Assembly (NCBI GenBank): GCA_045533775.1
Contig: JAZSIK010000003.1
Location: 468-64,467, forward strand
DNA: 64,000 bases
DNA from: Eubacteriales bacterium
Lineage (GTDB): Bacteria > Bacillota > Clostridia > Oscillospirales > CAG-272
Reading direction: 5' to 3'
In this document: positions 60,742-64,000 of the stretch, in pieces
Layout: every line of letters starts with the position of its first letter
Position numbering within the stretch: the stretch's first letter is position 1
Program-made: the position numbers and the translations under genes
The notes under the pieces: generated by a model
Told to the model about the DNA's origin: nothing
Seen by the model: only the letters and a program-made list of their open reading frames with translations
Databases searched by the model: none

Positions 60742-61658
60742 TATTGCTCCTCCCTTTTATTTAGATATGTATTTATAGTGTCTGTGTCAGGCAGGCTGTC
60801 TATGGCGCCGCGACCTGTGGTGTTGAGCGCACCTGCTATATTTCCAAAGCTCAGGGCTTCGGTCAGGAGCTCCTCGGTAAGAGGATTTCCTACATTATTA
60901 TTAAGAACCGAGAGCGCGCCCGCGAAGAAGGCGTCTCCCGCGCCGGTGGTATCAACCGGCTGTACCTTGATGGTGGGCGCTCTGCCCGCCTTGCCCTTAT
61001 ATCTCCACTCGCTGCCCTCTTTACCCAAGGTGATAAGCACAAGCTTATCTGTCAGAGAGGATACATATTCCTCACCGAAGGTCTCAACCTCGTCCTCAGA
61101 GAACTTTACGATATCCGCCGCAGCGAGTATTCTCTTGTAGGTTTTCACCGCGCTCTCTCTGTCTCTGAAAATATCGGTGCGGTAGTTGACGTCAAAGGCA
61201 ACCGTCTTGCCAAAGGAGTGGGCGCGCTCAATTATCTCCAGCGCGTACTCTACGCATCCGGGGTCAGAGAGCATCAGCGAGCCGATGCAAACTATATCAG
61301 CCGAGCTGATCAGCTCGTCGCTTACCGCGGGCATACAGTAGTCTGCCGTATTCTTACGGTAGAAGCAGAAGGATCTGTCTCCCCCCTCGTCAAGCTCCAC
61401 AAATGCCAGCGTCGTATTGCGCTCGCGGCTTGTGTGAATATAGCTGACGTCCATACCGAAGTCACGGGCGTATTTTATTAAAAACTGTCCTATAAGATCA
61501 TCTCCGACGCTGCCGACGAACTTAACGTCCGCGCCGAACCTTTTTAATCCGCAGGCAACGTTGAAGGGCGCGCCGCCCGCCTTTCTCTCATAGGTTATAA
61601 TTCCGTTTTTCTCCTCACCGATCATATCGGCAAGGATCTCACCAATGCAAATTAACAA
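60741..61658 (-). CDS. PfkB-family sugar kinase (fructokinase)
   Basis: N-terminal GEILADM...GGAPFNVA and C-terminal DTTGAGDAFFAGAL motifs. The stop overlaps the next ATG (TAATG). Confidence 0.8.
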   Translation of the reverse strand: MLICIGEILADMIGEEKNGIITYERKAGGAPFNVACGLKRFGADVKFVGSVGDDLIGQFLIKYARDFGMDVSYIHTSRERNTTLAFVELDEGGDRSFCFYRKNTADYCMPAVSDELISSADIVCIGSLMLSDPGCVEYALEIIERAHSFGKTVAFDVNYRTDIFRDRESAVKTYKRILAAADIVKFSEDEVETFGEEYVSSLTDKLVLITLGKEGSEWRYKGKAGRAPTIKVQPVDTTGAGDAFFAGALSVLNNNVGNPLTEELLTEALSFGNIAGALNTTGRGAIDSLPDTDTINTYLNKREEQ

Positions 61659-61659
61659 T

Positions 61660-62982
61660 TTACACCTCCGCCTCCTTGGCTTTTTGTTCTGACTGTAATT
61701 TATGTTGTTTGTTTTCTATAATAATGAATACTGCCGACCTTATCAGAAGCGCCACGAAGAACAGCACTAAGATCAGCGCGGTAATAATACTGCGATCTGC
61801 AAGGAAGGAGATAATAACGGCGCAGACAGCCGCCACAACTCCCGAAAACCAGGCGAAGGAGCCAACCACCTTAAGCATTGCGCCCAGGGAGGATACGCTC
61901 TCCACACCGAGAAGCCTCAGCACAGAATATGCAAGCAGCGCGGCTACCATAAGCATCAGGGCTATGAAGGGCGCCAGCGAAAGAATATTCAGCAGGTGGG
62001 AGTAGACGGTCAGAAACAGGTTGGCACCGAAGGAGGACTTGATAAATCTGTCGGTCATCCCTCTCGCCTCGCTCTCGCTCGCTCCCTCGCTCACGACAGC
62101 ACCGCCCTGAATATTACTGTAAAAGCCGTAGAACTGAACATCCACGCCGCCCTCGGTAACAAAGGAGCCTGTCATATAGTCATCAAAGATGAAGAGATAT
62201 TTGTCAGCCCCCTGACTGATGTACTGATGATAGTAGTAGTTTCTCAGCAGCGGAACGGCTGATGTGCTTTCATAGGCGGTGATCTGTGGGTAGTAGTTAA
62301 CAAAATAAAGCTCATATATCGCTCTGTTATACTCTGCCTCGGTGATCTTCCCCGACGAAAGCTTCTCTGTAAGACTCTCAGCCTGTGCCCTGCTCTCCTC
62401 GCCCACGCTCTTTGCATAGGCAAGATACTCTGCCACCTTATCATCGGTGAGTACAAGCTCATTGCCTGTGTATCTTAGCTTAAAGTCAAAGTTGAGCCTT
62501 GCCACCTCACTGAGCGTGAGGTATTCCTCATATGTTATCTCGGTATTCTTGCCGTCGTTTGACAGGCAGTATGCCTCAAAATCGGCGAGAGTGCCCGCGG
62601 GCCGTGAGTCAACCACCACATTGTAGCCTCCCACCGAATAGCTCTGTCTGTCAAGCTCGTTTTCAAAGGTGTTTATGAGCTGCGCCGCGGTATATTCACC
62701 GCCCGCCTTTTTCAGCCTGAGATCACCGTCTGCGATCTCCGCCGCGATCCGCTTATCCCCGTCGGCATTGGCAAACACCCTGTGGGCTGTCGCGCTGAAA
62801 TCGGGGGAGGAGGCGTAGTGGACATCAAAGGGGAGCATCTCCCCTGCCACAAGACCCGAGAAGAGAAATGTCAGAGCCAGAAGAAAGCTGAGAAAGACAT
62901 TTCCATATCCTCGCTTGACGCCCCCGCGGGCTTCCCTTTGTGAAAAGAAGCTGAGGAAGAAAAATCTAAGCCATTTTTTCAT
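61660..62982 (-). CDS. Membrane protein of unknown function (N-terminal TM, extracytoplasmic domain of about 290 aa, 3-4 C-terminal TMs)
   Basis: Hydrophobicity pattern only. Tightly packed between the ATPase gene and the fructokinase gene. Confidence 0.6.
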   Translation of the reverse strand: MKKWLRFFFLSFFSQREARGGVKRGYGNVFLSFLLALTFLFSGLVAGEMLPFDVHYASSPDFSATAHRVFANADGDKRIAAEIADGDLRLKKAGGEYTAAQLINTFENELDRQSYSVGGYNVVVDSRPAGTLADFEAYCLSNDGKNTEITYEEYLTLSEVARLNFDFKLRYTGNELVLTDDKVAEYLAYAKSVGEESRAQAESLTEKLSSGKITEAEYNRAIYELYFVNYYPQITAYESTSAVPLLRNYYYHQYISQGADKYLFIFDDYMTGSFVTEGGVDVQFYGFYSNIQGGAVVSEGASESEARGMTDRFIKSSFGANLFLTVYSHLLNILSLAPFIALMLMVAALLAYSVLRLLGVESVSSLGAMLKVVGSFAWFSGVVAAVCAVIISFLADRSIITALILVLFFVALLIRSAVFIIIENKQHKLQSEQKAKEAEV

Positions 62983-62985
62983 ACA

Positions 62986-64000
62986 TTACTTATTTCCAAT
63001 CTCTCTTGACATAATGGAAAGCTCGCTCTCCTTGTCAAAGAGATGAATGTGAGACTCGCTGAAGCTAACGCCCACGGTGTCACCGGGAAGGAAGCCGTTT
63101 CTGTCAGGCACGCTGACGATGAAGTCCTGATCGTTGTCGCAAAGGCGAACGAACAGCTGAGTTGTGTTGCCCAGCACCTCTTTAATGGAGAGGGTCGCCT
63201 TGATGCCGTCGTCGCTGAGCTTGATATTCTCGCCTCTGATACCGAGATAAACGCTGTGAGATGCGCCGTCAAGATACTCTTCCCTAATGGTACGCAGATT
63301 TGCGAGAGTCAGACGGATGGTCTGTCCGTCGTGGAGAGTAACGTTGAGATACTCGCCGTCGCGCCGGATCTGTACATCAAAGAAGTTCATCTGAGGTGTG
63401 CCGATAAAGCCTGCCACAAACTTGTTATCCGGGTAGTCAAAGAGGTTTGTAGGTGTATCTATCTGCTGAATAACACCCAGCTTCATAACAACGATGCGCG
63501 TACCCATCGTCATAGCCTCTATCTGATCGTGAGTTACATAGATAAAGGTGGTCTTGAGCTGATTGTGTAATTTTACGATCTCGGCTCTCATCGCCGTTCT
63601 CAGCTTTGCATCCAGGTTTGAGAGAGGCTCGTCAAGAAGGAACACCTTGGGACCGCGCACCATTGCACGACCGAGGGCTATACGCTGACGCTGACCGCCA
63701 GACATCTCCGCGGGCTTGGAGTCAAGAAGCTCTTCAATACCAAGCACCGTGGCTGCCCACTGCACCTTCTCATCAATCTCCGCCTTGCTCATATGCACGT
63801 AGCTCATAATCTGCACGGGATTCTGGGAATAATAATTAAAATCTCTCTCTGTGTCCTCAATGCGCTTATCAAGCAGCGAGGTCTTCTCGGAATAATAGAG
63901 TTTGTTCTCCTCAAGCGATGCGGCGTCAAGAGAGGATATCTCCTTCTGAAGATAGAGCTTTTCCTTGTTCAGCTTCTTAAGTCTTGCCTCAAGCTCTCTT
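62986..64000 (-). CDS. MalK/MsmK-like sugar ABC transporter ATP-binding protein (5' end outside the window), with an atypical coiled-coil-like segment
   Basis: MSGGQRQRIALGRAM signature, Walker B VFLLDEPLSNLD, H-loop YVTHDQ and a TOBE-like C-terminus. The reading frame stays open from 63816 to the window edge (RELEARLKKLNKEKLYLQKEISSLD...), so the ORF-track GTG at 63816 is not the start. Confidence 0.75.
   Translation of the reverse strand, partial: RELEARLKKLNKEKLYLQKEISSLDAASLEENKLYYSEKTSLLDKRIEDTERDFNYYSQNPVQIMSYVHMSKAEIDEKVQWAATVLGIEELLDSKPAEMSGGQRQRIALGRAMVRGPKVFLLDEPLSNLDAKLRTAMRAEIVKLHNQLKTTFIYVTHDQIEAMTMGTRIVVMKLGVIQQIDTPTNLFDYPDNKFVAGFIGTPQMNFFDVQIRRDGEYLNVTLHDGQTIRLTLANLRTIREEYLDGASHSVYLGIRGENIKLSDDGIKATLSIKEVLGNTTQLFVRLCDNDQDFIVSVPDRNGFLPGDTVGVSFSESHIHLFDKESELSIMSREIGNK

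Noticed and set aside
63814-63816. The GTG at 63816 as the start of the ABC ATPase.
   Set aside because: It would remove Walker A and the Q-loop. The frame is open without a stop from there to position 64000, so the gene simply continues beyond the window.

Overview
This is 64 kb of a Gram-positive, Clostridia-type chromosome. The gene content suggests a gut or rumen anaerobe of the Oscillospiraceae/Ruminococcaceae kind, but that is inference only. I saw no rRNA, tRNA, CRISPR, transposase or integrase genes. The window falls into four blocks. (i) 1-14.7 kb is housekeeping and metabolism: an SPFH protein, the CCA-adding enzyme, a Phe-specific T-box leader in front of an acyl-CoA ligase/iorA/iorB/paaK/ACT operon, a HAD hydrolase, a YnbB-like PLP enzyme, a TPP riboswitch with thiT, a DEDDh exonuclease, and a HAD-serC pair. 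(ii) 14.8-29.8 kb, minus strand, is the most unusual part. It holds an 8-gene operon with two SipW-type (ER/archaeal-type) signal peptidases and three TasA/camelysin-like paralogues, one of them membrane-anchored at both ends. The operon also encodes two giant proteins (681 and 1328 aa) that share one SipW-type signal/cleavage motif with the two small paralogues. It sits behind an AT-rich region with a near-consensus promoter and several palindromes, and a 2-gene unit of low-complexity membrane proteins lies upstream. I read this as a candidate donor-strand (TasA-like) surface fibre with giant adhesin cargo. (iii) 30-36 kb carries a PPP-type phosphatase, a two-component system next to a decayed ABC transporter, and a lipoprotein serpin. 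(iv) 36-64 kb, minus strand, is a roughly 28 kb fructan (inulin/levan) utilisation locus. It contains three GH32 enzymes (one with an endo-inulinase-like Glu in the nucleophile motif), an ABC importer, a LacI regulator and a fructokinase. It also contains three consecutive giant lipoproteins (827, 2108, 1319 aa) that carry 12 copies of an unassigned NGxFE-type beta-sandwich module. The 2108-aa protein additionally has an array of about 980 aa of Cys3-His mini-modules. All coordinates and motifs were read by eye from the sequence and the ORF track; no database search was run.
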